Part shown: positions 1-14,050 of the stretch, in pieces | Numbering within the stretch: position 1 is the stretch's first letter | Layout: the number at the start of each line of letters is the position of its first letter | Assembly: GCA_964016885.1 (NCBI GenBank) | Contig: OZ024742.1 | Coordinates: 182,032,001 to 182,096,000 of the forward strand | DNA: 64,000 nucleotides | Direction of reading: 5' to 3' | DNA from: Eledone cirrhosa | Lineage: Eukaryota | Translations under genes and position numbers: made by a program | The notes under the pieces: model-generated | What the model was told of the DNA's origin: nothing | What the model saw: the letters and a program-made list of their open reading frames with translations, nothing else | Databases searched by the model: none

Positions 1-3000
1 GCTGCGACATCTAAAACTGTTTCATGTATGGCTTTATACTCATACCGCTTCATGACGAGGCCTAACGATTTCAGCACCCTGCACAGGTCACGGGAACTGT
101 TTCACCAGTTTGCAGTTGACATGGCTGCAAAGATGGAGTCGGAGAGACTGTGCTTCATAAAATTGAATCAGAAGCAGCTGCGCTCAGACTCCTACATCCA
201 TTTGCGTGACGGCATCAGGAATGACACTAACCTCCGGAACATCGGCAAAATGTGCATTCTTCCCTCAACATATACGGGGGGGGGCACATGCACGAGCGAA
301 CACAGGACGCTATGACGTTCGTTCGGCATTATGGGCGCCCCGATTTATTCATCACGTTTACGTGTAACCCCAAGTGGGTTGAGGTTACGCGGGAACTTAT
401 CCCAGGGCAGCAGTATTTCCATGGGCATGATATTATTGCCAGGGTTTTCAGGCAGAAGCTGGTTAAGCTAATTGATCTAATAAAAAAAGGGAAGGTTTTC
501 GGGCCTGTTAGGTGCCACATGTATACTGTTGAGTGGCAAAAGAGAGGGTTGCCACACGCGCACATTTTGGTTTGGTTGGTCACCAAAATAGACCCTACAG
601 TTCTTGATGACGTCATCGCAGCGGAAATACCGGACCCCTTTGTTGACCGGCAGCTGTACGACATTGTGAAGGTACACATGGTGCACGGTCCGTGCGGTCC
701 CGGTTTTCAAATGTTCTCCTCATGCCACAAGGACCAAGTGTGCAACACTAAACGATACCCAAAGAGGTTTGTTGAGGAGACCCAGACCGCCGGCGACGGA
801 TACCCACTGTACAGCCGAAGGCGGCCTGAGAACGGTGGATTCACTATGACGTTACGGGGTCATCAAGTTGATAATAGGTGGGTGGTCCCGTACTGTACAT
901 TTCTGATGAAAACTTTCAACGATCATATACATGTGGAGTTCTGTCATTCAGTGAAGTCGATAAAGTACATGTGGAAATATGTTAACAAGGGTTCTGACGC
1001 TGCCATGTTCGGCCTTCAAAACGACAATAGCAGGGACGAGGTCTCGGAGTACTTAGCAGGTCGATATATCAGCAGTGGTGAAGCTTTTTGGCGGATATTC
1101 GGGTTTCCACTTCACCAAAGACACCCCGCCATCATACAACTAGCGGTTTATTTGGAAAACGGCCAGCGGGCTTACTTTACTGAACAGATTGCTGCTCATT
1201 TGGCGGCCAATCCAAAAGAAACAACTTTGGCTGTTTTTTTTACGCTTTGCCAACTTGACACATTTGCAAAAAACACTTTCATATCCTCAGGTCCCGTCCT
1301 ACTACGTGCGGTCAACACTTGGGTGCGTAGGAAGTCAGGTCAAGATGTTGAAGGACATCCTGGTGTCAAGTTTGACAGTTGTCTAGGAAGAGTGTACACT
1401 GTACCTCCCAACCAGCATGAGTGTTTTCACCTGCGCCTTCTCCTCCATGAGGTTTTTGGCCCACAAAGCTTTCGAGACATAAGAACTGTTGACGGTGGAT
1501 TATGTGATACTTTCCGGGAAGCCTGCTTTAGGCGTGGCCTTTTGGAGGATGATTCACAATGGGGTGCCACTATGGCAGAGGGCATTTTGTTGAAATCTCC
1601 TAAACTAAGATCGCTTTTCGATATTCTACTCCTATGGTGCGACTTGGGTGATCCGGCCTCTTTATGGCTTAGCTACAAAGATTACATGTCTGAAGATTTC
1701 CTGCGTCACGCTCAGTTGCTAAACCCATCGATGGAGGTCGGGTACAGTGATCTCATTTACAACAGGGCGCTGCTTGAAATCGAAGATACTGTTCTCGATA
1801 TGGGGGGTAGTGCGTTGGCGGTGTATGGCCTATCTTCAACAAACCGGGAAGGCGGAAACACTCTGTCTTCGGATTTGCTGCGTGAGACATCTTATAATGT
1901 TGACGAGCTTGCCCAGTACATAGCGGAGAGTGAGCCAAAACTCCTTCCAGAACAGAAATTCGCTTACAACTCGGTTGTTAATTCTGTCCGGAGCAAAGCT
2001 GGGAGGGGGGGGGGCGGGTTCCTGGACACTCCTGGGGGACTGGGAAAACTTTTGTCACCAAATTAATATTAGCTGAGATTAGGCGAACAGAAGGCATTGC
2101 CTTAGCTGGGCATCATCTGGAATTGCGGCTACTTTGTCGCCGGGCGGCAGGACAGCTCACTCCTATTTCAAGCTCCCGCTTGACTTAGCGAAGACTGAGA
2201 CCCCCACTTGCAACATCAGTACGAGCTCCGATCAGGCAGAAGTGTTCAGACGATGGAAGCTTGAGACGAATGCACGATGGCCCACATAGGTGCTCTTGAG
2301 GCGCTAGATAGAACTCTGAGAGACATCAAAGACTCTACGGCTCCCATGGGAGGCATAACACTTCTTCTTTCAGGGGACTTCAGGCAAACGCTTCCCGTTA
2401 TTCACAAGGGGACTAGAGCTGATGCAGTACGTGCGTGTCTTAAGTCATCCGCATTGTGGCCTCTGGTGAAGACTCTGAAACTTCACACTAACATGCGTGC
2501 TCATATGCGAGGTGATATCACATCAGCAGCATTTTCTCACACCCTCCTTGCACTTGGCGATGGCAAAACGCCCGGGGATGAAAAGGGTAATATTGCCATC
2601 GACTCACTTTGTACCGTTGTTAGTACGCCTTCTGATCTCAGGGATGCAGTGTTCCCAGATCTCAAAGCAAATTATCAGAATATGGATTGGCTTACCCAAA
2701 GGGCTATTCTGGCCCCGAGGAATAAAACTATTAACCATATTAATGATCAAATGCTAAAATTAATTCCTGGGGATGGCTACGTATATAAGTCTATTGATAG
2801 AACTCCTGACCCCGAGGACGTCATCAACTATCCAATAGAGGTACTAAATTCCTTTGAGCCCCCCGGATTACCCCACACATTTTGAAACTTAAAGTTGGTG
2901 CCTCTATAATGCTCATTCGAAATTTGGTTCCGCCGAAACAATGCAATGGCACACGTTTGGTCGTTAAGTCCTTAGCTCCCAATCTGATTGAGGCCACGAT

Positions 3001-4106
3001 AATCATAGGGTGCGGTCGGGGCAAGGTTGTGCTTATACCGAGGATGCATCTTTTCCCATCAGGAGCAGAACTACCTTTCACATTTCGGAGGACCCAGTTC
3101 CCGGTCAGGCCATGCTTCGCAATGTCAATTAACAAAGCGCAGGGGCAAACACTGTCTGTCGCAGGAATATATTTGAGGGAGCCGTGTTTCTCTCATGGTC
3201 AACTTTACGTTGGCTGCTCGCGTGTCGGCAGCAAGAATGATGATTTCGCGTTCGTTCCGCAAGGAAAAACAAAAAACATAGCGTACAAGGAGGTTTTATA
3301 GGATTACCTCGATTCCTTTTTTATCTTTTTATTTTTTGCCTTTTCGTGCGTACTTTCTAAGTAGGTTAACCTTTACTGCAGTGCACTGGACACTCCCCAC
3401 CATCGGCCGTACAAAGGCTGATTCTCGCGGCGTTACAAAGCTTCATTGCAACTCCGACCCTACTCAAATATCAGCTGTTGCTCCTCACCAACCCCCGTTT
3501 GGTGGGCCTCGGAGGACCGTGGAGAGGTTAGTATTTCACCTCCGTACGACTCTCAAAGGGTGAACAATGTTTTAATGACGGAATTTACATTTTTAGGCGG
3601 TTCCCTGCAATTACTTCACACTTCAACACCTGGCCTCCGCTCAGCTCTATTTCCCTCCCTCCGTCGGCACAGCAGCAGGCTCATCTTCTACGTCCGACGT
3701 ACATGATGCACCAACCATACAATGACACCTATTCCTCTTTTTTGGTTGTCATAATTCGACAATGTTTTCAGGCTCCTGTTTGCGGTTCCCTCAATCCATC
3801 CCCTCCCCCGTTAAAACATGTCATGTAGAACAACTCCATCGCAGCTCTGTTGTTCGGCTGGCATCGTCTACGCGCGTGTTGCGCAAGTACTGTGAAACAA
3901 TAAATTTCAACACTTCTTTGCACAGAGATAATATCAAGAGGCGAAACTACAATTGTCACTGCTGGCGCAGCTCCTGTTTCGGCAGTTCAGGTTTGCAATT
4001 TATTCAACCAGTGCCTGGCAGACAAAAAAGTGCTGCCATAAAATGGGTGGTGCAACCTAACTTTGGTAACTTTCTGACCCCGAGCAACGCCGGGCTTTAA
4101 TGCTAG
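1..4106 (+). mobile_element. Helitron (rolling-circle transposon), 5' end outside window, decayed
   Basis: Rep/Hel coding remnants. Canonical 3' end: hairpin CCCGAGCAACGCCGGG (4079-4094), then CTAG (4103-4106) followed by T, abutting a TA/TG microsatellite. Confidence 0.95.
28..3301 (+). pseudogene. Helitron RepHel (HUH Rep + PIF1-like helicase), split by several frameshifts
   Basis: Rep motifs RPDLFITFTCNPKW, EWQKRGLPHAHIL (HUH) and KYMWKYVNKGSD. Helicase motifs FLDTPGGLGK (damaged Walker A), GDFRQTLPV, RAILAPRN, CNGTRL, QFPVRPCFAMSINKAQGQT and FSHGQLYVGCSRV, spread over ORFs 28-315, 252-2066, 2277-2885 and 2882-3301. Confidence 0.93.
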
Positions 4107-4116
4107 TATATATATA

Positions 4117-4150
<34 letters not shown>

Positions 4151-4430
4151 AGGTGAAATTGGAAATAGCATGGAAAATATATTTAAGGGTCTGTTTTTCT
4201 CTTTTTGATTTCCTTTCTTTGAGAAAATGAGAGGGACAATTCTTTTAAAAAAGAGTTTTATAATGTATATAAAGTATTACCGGTTTCCATGTATTAGTAA
4301 AATTCATCTTATCAAATGTTGAGTATTACAATTAAAAATAATTAATAAGAATTAAAAATTAAAGATTTTAAATTAAGTGTTGAGGTAATTTTTTTTCATC
4401 TTCCTTGTTGTGAAGGAGACTGAAAAAAAA

Positions 4431-4502
<72 letters not shown>

Positions 4503-4533
4503 CAATAATCAAAGTTCAGTTTAAATCATTTAT

Positions 4534-4582
4534 TTGCTTACAATTGTTTCCTCCAAACCGAGGTTTGAATTCTTCGGAGCAA
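4534..4582 (-). ncRNA. Minimal type I hammerhead ribozyme motif (core CCGAAGA)
   Basis: Reverse complement: ttgct CCGAAGA a ttcaaacc tc ggtttgga g GAAA c aatt g TA agcaa. Confidence 0.75.
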
Positions 4583-4720
4583 CTATTTAGTGATCTATAA
4601 CATACTTGACCTCCTTTTCAACACAAGAGACATATAAAACATATGCACATATTGATCCACAGTGGGATGACATCCATCAAAATGATATAGCATGGCAATT
4701 TACATATAAAGGATAAAGGA

Positions 4721-4973
4721 TAAAAATAAAAATAAAAATAAAAATAAAAATAAAAATAAAAATAAAAATAAAAATAAAAATAAAAATAAAAATAAAAATA
4801 AAAATAAAAATAAAAATAAAAATAAAAATAAAAATAAAAATAAAAATAAAAATAAAAATAAAAATAAAAATAAAAATAAAAATAAAAATAAAAATAAAAA
4901 TAAAAATAAAAATAAAAATAAAAATAAAAATAAAAATAAAAATAAAAATAAAAATAAAAATAAAAATAAAAAT
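4721..4973. repeat. Perfect (TAAAAA)n array, about 42 units
   Basis: Directly visible. Confidence 0.98.
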
Positions 4974-5224
4974 GAAGCATTGGCAGTCTATGAAGATAAA
5001 GCAAGAGGAAAGTTTAGAGCAGTCAGTGTATGAAACAATCTCACGTGTAGCATGCACGCGTGTCTTATTTATACAGGATTCAATTTTAAGCAGTGTGAAA
5101 CCGGAACTATTCTTAAAAGACTGCAGTTGCGTTTTTCATTTTTTCCTTATATATATATATATGCGCACGCGCGCGCGTGTGTGTTTATAAACAAGCACAT
5201 ACACGCGTACACACACACATGTAG

Positions 5225-5261
<37 letters not shown>

Positions 5262-5352
5262 ATATACACATATAATATAGATAATATATGTATATTTACA
5301 GAAACATGGCTGACAATTTACGTAATATAAATGTCTCCAACGCTATCAACGT

Positions 5353-5403
<51 letters not shown>

Positions 5404-5819
5404 ATAATAATATACAGATACACGATACATAGAAACAGCAAAAGCAAATGACACACACAGTACAATGAAGAAATATATTAGTTTAACGCTTGCTATAGTA
5501 GAGAAATAGTCTTAACCTTATCAGGTCTGGTCACTTCCCATCATCATTGCTGATTTTCTGGGAACATTGAAAATAATACCAATAATAATCTATATTTTGT
5601 TGTATGTCTTATCGAAAGGAAAAATCTAGTCGGTTGGTACCGAATTCTCACCTGTCCATTACTCTTAAACAAGATCCCGGGCAGCAGTTCATACACCGTT
5701 GGCCACATGAAAGAGTGTCACCAATATGACAAATGAGTTCTATCAACCCGGTTTTGAAATCAGATTGATTCTTCTAGAGGGACTGCCAACCATGGTGAGC
5801 TCTTTCTACTACTTTGACA

Positions 5820-6266
5820 TTAAACTCCGCCAACTGCAGACTGCGCATCAACATGAGATATTTTTCTCCACAAAGTTCGATCACCAACAGCAGAGTTTAA
5901 AGAGCAAAGATCAATTCCAGTACATAGGTTGACATTATCAGGCCATCGTTTTGGCTGTCGGCCTCTGCTTCTCTTACCAACCAACCTTCCTTCCAGGTAT
6001 AACCTATTCATACCACGAGTTGATCTTTTTATATGACCGTATAGTTTGAGTACTCTTGACTTGACAATTGATGTAATTGGTCTAAGTTTGTTAATGTTGA
6101 GCAGCTCACTGATACAGATACGGTCGCTGAGCCGCTTGCCAGTGATAAGTCTCATGATGTGGTTCTGGAATGTAGAAAGCTTCTGAAGTGAGCTTGTCGT
6201 CCAATTAACACAGTGAAGATAATATACAACTGGTAGTATGTAAGTATCGAAGATCTTAGCCTTCAC
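5820..6266 (-). mobile_element. RTE-like LINE ORF2 C-terminal fragment
   Basis: IFDTYILPVVYY...WT, RVLKLYGHIKR, LEGRLVGKRSRGRQPKRW...DRTLWRK: typical RTE C-terminus. Confidence 0.85.
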
Positions 6267-6557
6267 ATGATAGGAAACTAGTTTTGATGTTTTCTACCCG
6301 ATTTTTACTTGTGTTTTGTTGATTTTACACACTATTGGATGGCCGTGGATTCTCCTGATTTCCTCTGCCATTTGACGAGTTTTCTCTTGTTTTTCCTTAT
6401 GCAGGGTATCGAAAAATTACTTTCCTCACTAAGCAAGTTTAGTGAGGTTGCTGGTATAGTTGCTGAGGACCCGGCCATGTGATATGTTGTACTGGATTAC
6501 ATATTGCCAGTAGCACCCGAGAGTCACTGAATACATATATACATAGGAACATACTTG

Positions 6558-6665
<108 letters not shown>

Positions 6666-6848
6666 CACGTGCGTCAGAGTGTTTCTTAAAAAAACAAAAT
6701 GTCATGTTGATCTTGTTGGTTATTTCTAATTAAATCATGTAATTTCTACACACGCACACGGACGCACACACGCATATGCGCGTGCATATATATAGCCAAA
6801 TAATTCCTAGTCAGGAATGGAATGCCAACAGAGATGAAACGTACATAT

Positions 6849-6901
<53 letters not shown>

Positions 6902-6928
6902 AAGTGTATATATATACATATATATATG

Positions 6929-6966
<38 letters not shown>

Positions 6967-7093
6967 TATATATGTGTATATATATATATACACACATATA
7001 TATATATATATATATACATATATATATGTATATATATACACTTATACATATATATATATATACATATATATATGTATATATATACACTTATAC

Positions 7094-7148
<55 letters not shown>

Positions 7149-7683
7149 TATATGTATATATATACACTTATACATATATATATAAGTATATATATATATA
7201 TATAAAGGTATATATATATGTGTGTGTATGTGTGTATGTATATGTGTCTATATACGTATATATAAGTGTGTGTGTGTATGCGTGTTTGTATATATATATA
7301 ATATGAAAAACGATGAAGTTTCGTTTACATATATTTATGTTATACGCGTTTCGTAGATGATTTGCTCAAGGTCACCTAAGGAAGCTATGGACTCGATCTG
7401 CGAATCTATGCGATTTTTATATTATTTATATTGAAAACAATACCATAACATCATTATGAGTGGCCAATTACGGCTGGTTTAAAACGAAAATGGGGACAAA
7501 ATTCTGGCCACTTATGGCCAGTTTAAATGTTAAAGTGTTATGACTAGTGGTAAATATATGTAAACGAAATTTCAATGGAATTTTATTTTTATTACATACA
7601 CTCTGCCTGTACATTGGATACTCATATTGGTACCAGCACCAGTAATTCGCTGAATCACCTACACACACACACACACACGCACG

Positions 7684-7786
<103 letters not shown>

Positions 7787-8831
7787 GTATGTATAGCTTA
7801 TATAGATTTTTGCTTATGGAACGTTGGCAAATAAATCACCAGCTACTTTGTACTATAAACAAATGACCAAAAATTAATATATTAAATCATTTTACTGGAA
7901 CATGTGATACAAAGCTCTTGAAATTGTCATTTTTCTGTCTCATGTTTGTAAAACAAATGAATGCGCATAATGGGAAAATTGTTACTGACACATTTTCGTT
8001 AAATAACTGATTTGTTTCCTCTTGTGATATGATATTCAACGTACTGCAATTCCATTTTGTAGGAAATAACCCATTTCAACTAGTTGGTAGTTGGAAATTG
8101 TTCAATAAATATTGATGGAAATGTTTGAGTTCTACATTTCATTGTAGCCATTTTGGTATCTTGAACCGAAGATCGAGATTGGCGAATTCGATCAATATTT
8201 ATTGAGATAATTCTACGATAAGAAAAAAAAATGTTAAAACATAAATAAATGACAATTTCTACCTTCTTTGCTCTCATGTGTTTTACATATATGATATTGA
8301 ATATCATGTGAGTCAATAGATGAATATATCAAATTTTCTGCATTTGAGTAGCATCTTCTACGGAAAGGGGGGGTTCAGGTTGGGTATTATGGATTATTTC
8401 CTGCAATCTCTGTCCTAGTGTTGTTACAGATAAGCGTTTTCTGTTCGGTATAAACTCTATAGATATGGTTGTGCTAGATCCACCAGCAAATGATCCTGTC
8501 CATGATGCGCGCAAGGTATCGAAACCGTCAATCGCGCATTCGTCCACTGTCCATATAATACTGACATGCTAATTTTTATGTTTATGACAAACAACAGTTA
8601 TCAGGTGCTGATCAGATCAAGCTGCCAGCTGAGATTATTCCTTTAGAACATTCTGCGTTCAAATTACGCCAAGATCAACTTTGACTTTCATCCTTCCAGG
8701 GTGGCTAAAATGAATTACGACTCAAGTACTGCGTTCGATTTAATCGACGACCCACTCCTCACTAAAATTGCTGGCCTTGTGTCAATATTAGAAATAATTT
8801 TTTTTTTTTTGGGGGGGGGGGGGGTGAAAAG

Positions 8832-9020
8832 GGGCGGTGAATTGGCAGTATCGGTAGAGAGTCGGACGCCATGCTTTACAGCATAGTTACGTCCCTTTAC
8901 AATCTGAGTTCAAATACCGCCGAGGTTAACTTTGCCTTTCATCCTTACGGGGCCGATAAAATAAAGTACCAGTAATGTACTGGTATTTTCTGGCCTTGTG
9001 CCAAAAGTAGAAACAAATAT
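8832..9020 (+). mobile_element. tRNA-derived SINE (dominant family; about 30 copies in window)
   Basis: A-box-like TGGCAGTATCGG, B-box GAGTTCAAATAC, core TTTGCCTTTCATCCTTACGGGGTCGATAAAATAAAGTACCAG (resembles the MetaSINE core, from memory), tail GTGCCAAAAGTAGAAACAA. Further partial or diverged copies at about 8640(+), 10130(-), 16250(+), 16420(+), 17150(-), 23800(+), 31868(-), 44690(+), 49550(+), 53086(-), 56920(-) and 57270(-). Confidence 0.9.
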
Positions 9021-9121
9021 TAGAAAGAATTGTTATTGTCATATTTCTTGTGGAAATTTTTATTTCGGCTCTCGCAAAGTACTAATTGTTTTTTTAAGTG
9101 TGAAACCATAACACTCTATAC

Positions 9122-9324
9122 AAGGTGTGTCAGACATGCGGCCCTTTACAAGCACACCTGCGGCCCTCACAAAGGTTTTTACAGCATGAGCATGTTTTAT
9201 CTTTGTAATATAAAATAAAAAAAATATTAGTTGTAATGTGCGCAATTAATTGTCGAGTATGGCCCTCAGACAACTCATATGTGACCCATGTGGCCCTCAG
9301 GTGACCATCAGTTTAACACGTCTG
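9122..9324. mobile_element. hAT/Charlie-type MITE
   Basis: Imperfect TIRs (AAGGTGTGTCAGAC / GTTTAACACGTCTG), subterminal (G/T)GGCCC repeats, near-identical 8-bp TSD CTCTATAC / CTATATAC. Confidence 0.65.
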
Positions 9325-10504
9325 CTATATACGACCCATTGCAAAACAAATATATTTGCATACTTTCAGGCTAACGAAGAACAACAAAATAAAACGCTTT
9401 AATTAGACTTCTTTTATTTTTGTTTTGACTTCCGTTATATTTCTTTCATGGCAATAACAGTCAAATGGAAATAAAAATATCACAGTAGATACAAAATAAA
9501 AAATATACACGAATGTTCTACACAGATATACAGACCTTTTGAAAGATTTAATGACTATCGCACGGAAGGTGACTTTAAGATATCAATTGACAAAAGCAAC
9601 AACAACGGGAAAACAAAACTAGCACTGCCCCAAACTCTAATGATTGCTAAAATAGAATTACAAATAAAAAAATATAAATGAACAGTTTTGCCTATGTTAC
9701 TTCCAAGAGGGAGATAGTGAATACGGTAAAAACCGAAGCGCAGGAGAAGTAATGGTAAAATTGACTCAGCATTGACAGGGAGGAGGAACTGGAAAAAGGA
9801 AGTGGAGGCCACTAGCGAGCAGAATCCACTCCAAAACCACAAGGGGCCAGTAGACGTCTTGTATTTTGTACCTGAGACCAATGAACAAGAGCCGATCTTC
9901 CCTAAAATCAACTATAAAAGAGGCCGAGGAGGAAGGGGAAAGTTCCAGAAATGAAAAGGAGGGAGAGAAACCAAGATAGGAAACAATTGAGCCTTACTTA
10001 AAGAGACTGAGAAAACATTAGATTCACAGTCATTGAAAGAAAAAGAACCAACAAACACGTCATAAAATAATAATAACGTGGGGCCAAAGATATTGCTAAG
10101 ACACCCTACTAACTGAAGATCAAGTAATAATTGTTTCTACTTTAGGCACAAGGCCAGCAATTAAATCCAGTGCATTACTGGTACTTTATTTTATCGACCC
10201 CATAAGGATGAAAGGCAAAGTCAAGTAATAATGGAGTACAGAAAGACGTCAGGCCACAGACATTTTAGAAAAAACAATCCGTTATTGTTATCATCAGCTA
10301 AATGAAGAATATCCAGAAAGAAACTAATATTGGGAAACAAGTGAGGTGAAATAACCTAAGCAGTGGGTCTGTGAAAATTCAGTTTTTGTATGTGATTTTA
10401 AAAATCAATTTTGGTTTTATGTAGAGTTTTTTCTTCTTCAGACAACTATTAGCCACAGTCAGAAACCAAAGCAGAGTAAACAGTCTCGCTCTCTCTCATC
10501 TACG

Positions 10505-10544
<40 letters not shown>

Positions 10545-10773
10545 CGGGCGAAGGATTCAAGAACATGCGCTCTGTCCGTTCTCTTGTTTTAATTTGGATT
10601 GCTTCGGGAACGTAACCTTATTATGCAAGAAGCTGTCTGATAATGTCATAGCACTAGGTACACGGAATCGTGTGGTCACTGTTGTCATTGAAATATGTAT
10701 CACATCATTATCAATAAAGGACTTTAACATCAGAAACTACTTCACAGTTTCTTATTCTATATCTGTGTGTGTG

Positions 10774-10832
<59 letters not shown>

Positions 10833-10847
10833 GTATATATATATATG

Positions 10848-10905
<58 letters not shown>

Positions 10906-10915
10906 AACCAGTAAG

Positions 10916-11009
10916 ACCCCGACAGCTGAGCTCAAGCCGTTTCGACGGCTAATTCTGGACTAAATGAAAATTTATCCTGGTATTTAAATAGCCGATCTTC
11001 TCAAGGGGT
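10916..11009 (-). ncRNA. Hammerhead ribozyme, inverted copy of 14051-14144
   Basis: Reverse complement of the 3' pLTR HHR. Confidence 0.75.
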
Positions 11010-11421
11010 AATTCCATATATGGTCAAAGTGATTGTCAAAAATCAGTAGTAATTCTGTGGTTGCAAATTAGTAGGGGAGATGGTGGCTAAACCTGCCAGT
11101 AGGAGAAAGAGGGGAGGGGGTGGAGTAGACCCAATCAAGCGTTGGTAGTGCCAGCTACAGCTGGGCATGAGGTCATAGAAGATACAGGGGAGGGGGAGGG
11201 GGAGGAAGTCGGAACGGTAGGTAGAACAATGGGGGGTAGAAATATATAGGAAAGAAAAGAAAAAATACTGAGAGTGAAGAAAAGCAAATAAGTGTAAAGA
11301 AAAAAAGTAAAGTAAATTAAATTCTACGACCTAGGTCTCAGGCTATTGTAAGGCTAGAATAAAATAAAGAAAGAAAGAAAGAAGTAAATAAATAAATAAA
11401 TAAAGAAATAACCTAGACCGC

Positions 11422-12936
11422 GTGATACCAAAAGTCAAGCAACACACCCGACTTAGCCTATGGATCAACACCCAGGAAGTAATCTCCTGGTTCAGCAATA
11501 TGGAGGATAAACGAGAAACTAAATTCATACAGTTCGACATAGAGAGCTACTATGCTTCAATCACCTTACCGCTACTTACTGCCGCCTTGGACTTCGCCGA
11601 AACACTTGTGCCCATCACCGACCAGGAAAGAAAGATCATCCTCCACGCCAGGAAGACAGTCTTACTCTTTGACGACTCTAAATGGATAAAAAGAGCTCCC
11701 GACTCACCCTTCGACGTCAGCATGGGCGCCACGGATTCGGCGGAGGTCACAGATCTTATAGGATTATTCCTAATAGCCAAACTCACTGATATGTTTCCTG
11801 CATTCGGTGGTGGATTGTACCGTGATGATGGGCTCCTTACCCTTAAAGGGTACAACCCCAGTAGTACAGATCGAGTCCGGAAACAATTAATCAGATTCTT
11901 CCGCGACTGGGGATTTAAAATAACCCTACAAACGTACCTGACCCGAGTAAACTTCCTGGACGTGACCCTCGACCTCGAAAACGACCTGTACTACCCATAC
12001 AGGAAACCTAATGACAATCTGCACTACATCCACCGCCGATCAAACCATCCTAGGAACATCACAAACAACCTGGTCAAAAACATCTCCCTCCGCATATCCC
12101 GTTTGTCAGCTAATGAGCGGATATTCGATGAACATGCGCCTTATTACAACCAGGCCCTCAAGCGGAGTGGTTTCCGGGAGGAAATATCCTACTGTCCAGC
12201 TCCCATTAGCGGAACCAGCAGGAGACACCGCCGCTCACGCAATGTAACATGGTTCAATCCTCCCCACAACGCACAGGTGACAACTCCCATCGGGAAACTA
12301 TTCTTTAGGCTCATTGAAAAACACTTCCCATTACAACACCGCTACCACAACATAATTAACAAAAATACCATCAAACTCTCTTACAGCACTACACCAAACT
12401 TCGCACAAAACATCGTCTCCTCTAACAACAAAAAACTCAACCCCGATGGCAGAAATAACCTAAATAGCAGTGGAGAACCGACCAGGAGGTGTAACTGCCC
12501 GGATAGATCTATTTGCCCACTTGACAATAGATGCAGAAACCGTAATGTGATCTACCAGTGCAACGTGAGGACGGATACCTCCAACAAAGCCTATATAGGA
12601 CTTACCGCATGTGACTTCAAGACCCGGCTATACCAACATAGACATACCTTCCGAAACCCGACCCGGCGTCACGCCACTACACTTTCGGGCCACATATGGG
12701 ACCTCAAGGACAACAACATCACCTATGATCTCACTTGGAGATTACTGTCCAGAGCCAATTCTTACACGGGAGGACGCCGTCCGTGCAATTTATGCTCGGA
12801 GGAAACTTTACAAATGCTGTTTTCGACGGACCAACTCCTAAACAAGAAAGATGAACTGGTCACTGCATGTAAACATAGATTGCGTAGGACTTACCTCGCC
12901 CTCAAACCCCATAATGACCCGGGGGGGGGGGGGTAG
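11422..12936 (+). CDS. PLE reverse transcriptase + C-terminal GIY-YIG endonuclease (5'-truncated; GTG is not a true start)
   Basis: RT motifs FIQFDIESYY, DVSMGATDSAEV, LYRDDGL and VNFLDVTL; WFNPP; linker CNCPDRSICPLDNRC (CxCx5Cx5C); NVIYQC...AYIGLT (GIY-YIG); CNLCSEE...LLNKKDEL..CKH. Uninterrupted 504 codons. Confidence 0.92.
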   Translation: MIPKVKQHTRLSLWINTQEVISWFSNMEDKRETKFIQFDIESYYASITLPLLTAALDFAETLVPITDQERKIILHARKTVLLFDDSKWIKRAPDSPFDVSMGATDSAEVTDLIGLFLIAKLTDMFPAFGGGLYRDDGLLTLKGYNPSSTDRVRKQLIRFFRDWGFKITLQTYLTRVNFLDVTLDLENDLYYPYRKPNDNLHYIHRRSNHPRNITNNLVKNISLRISRLSANERIFDEHAPYYNQALKRSGFREEISYCPAPISGTSRRHRRSRNVTWFNPPHNAQVTTPIGKLFFRLIEKHFPLQHRYHNIINKNTIKLSYSTTPNFAQNIVSSNNKKLNPDGRNNLNSSGEPTRRCNCPDRSICPLDNRCRNRNVIYQCNVRTDTSNKAYIGLTACDFKTRLYQHRHTFRNPTRRHATTLSGHIWDLKDNNITYDLTWRLLSRANSYTGGRRPCNLCSEETLQMLFSTDQLLNKKDELVTACKHRLRRTYLALKPHNDPGGGG

Positions 12937-14050
12937 ACTAGGGCTATAACACCCCACTTGCCGATTTTGCAATGGGTAACCCCTGCTTGCCAAGGAAGAC
13001 GTAAGATCTTCTTTGTATTCTTTTATCGCTTCCTTTATTTCCTTCCCCCCTCTCTCCTTAGTCCTTCTACCCCAGCTCTTCTCCTTTGTCGGCGTCTTTT
13101 CTCGCCCACCCGAGGCTGCCCTTTGGCCCCATGTGGCCTTAGTACCCCCACCACCCCTCCCCTAGTCTATGATAGATTTGGCGGACTCCGCCCTTTATAG
13201 CAGTTGGCTTAGACCCCGGATACTTGCCCCCTTTTTCCGACCGCTCCCACTATTCTCTGTGCCCTCTATATTTCTTAGTGGCACTTATGCCTTATTTTTT
13301 CGTTTCAGTATTTCTAGCTTCGCTTTTCTTCTGGGCGGGGTGGATTCTGAATTTATTTCTCCGTATTCTACCTTTATTTCGTACGAACTTTCATGTAGCT
13401 TGTTTTAGATCTTTTAGAGTTAGCATTAGTATATATTTTTCTCGGGACTCAGAATTATTATCTCGTACAAGTTCACTTTGCTGCACTGGGTCGTTGCTGG
13501 CCCGGGATGGAAACCTTTATTGTTTATTTCGTGGTAGTCTCTTTAGTATTTTGGCCCCTTTTGTTGACCCGTCACCGTATCATTTACGTACTTATACCTC
13601 TTAAAAGGGTCCTTGCCTATTTCGTCCCACCTAGTTCTTTTACTTATTTCGTTATTTCTTTATTTATTTATTTCTTTACTTCTTTCTTTCTTTCTTTATT
13701 TTATTCTAGCCTTACAATAGCCTGAGACCTAGGTCGTAGAATTTAATTTACTTTACTTTTTTCTTTACACTTATTTGCTTTTCTTCACTCTCAGTATTTT
13801 TTCTTTTCTTTCCTATATATTTCTACCTCCCATTGTTCTACCTACCGTTCCGACTTCCTCCCCCCCCCTCCCCTGTATCTTCTTTGACCTCATGCCCAGC
13901 TGTAGCTGGCACTACCAACGCTTGATTGGGTCTACTCCACCCCCTCCCCTCTTTCTCCTACTGGCAGGTTTAGCCACCATCTCCCCTACTAATTTGCAAC
14001 CACAGAATTACTACTGATTTTTGACAATCACATTGACCATATATGGAATT

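Larger units (their letters stand above)
4500..5148 (-). mobile_element. PLE-type terminus/pLTR fragment (family B), diverged homolog of 14446-15392
   Basis: Shares GTTTCCTCCAAACCGAGGTTTG..TTCTTCGGAGCAA, TGACCTCCTTTTCA and TGAAGATAA with 14460-14800. Bounded by microsatellites. Confidence 0.7.

Noticed and set aside
7304-7420. HHR-like half motif on the minus strand (CTAC GAAA CGCG TA TAAC)
   Set aside because: No CUGANGA partner found; probably a truncated terminus, not counted.
8040-8560. Possible minus-strand exons (ORFs 8080-8316 and 8329-8547 with acceptor-like tracts)
   Set aside because: No consistent spliced frame or recognisable domain.
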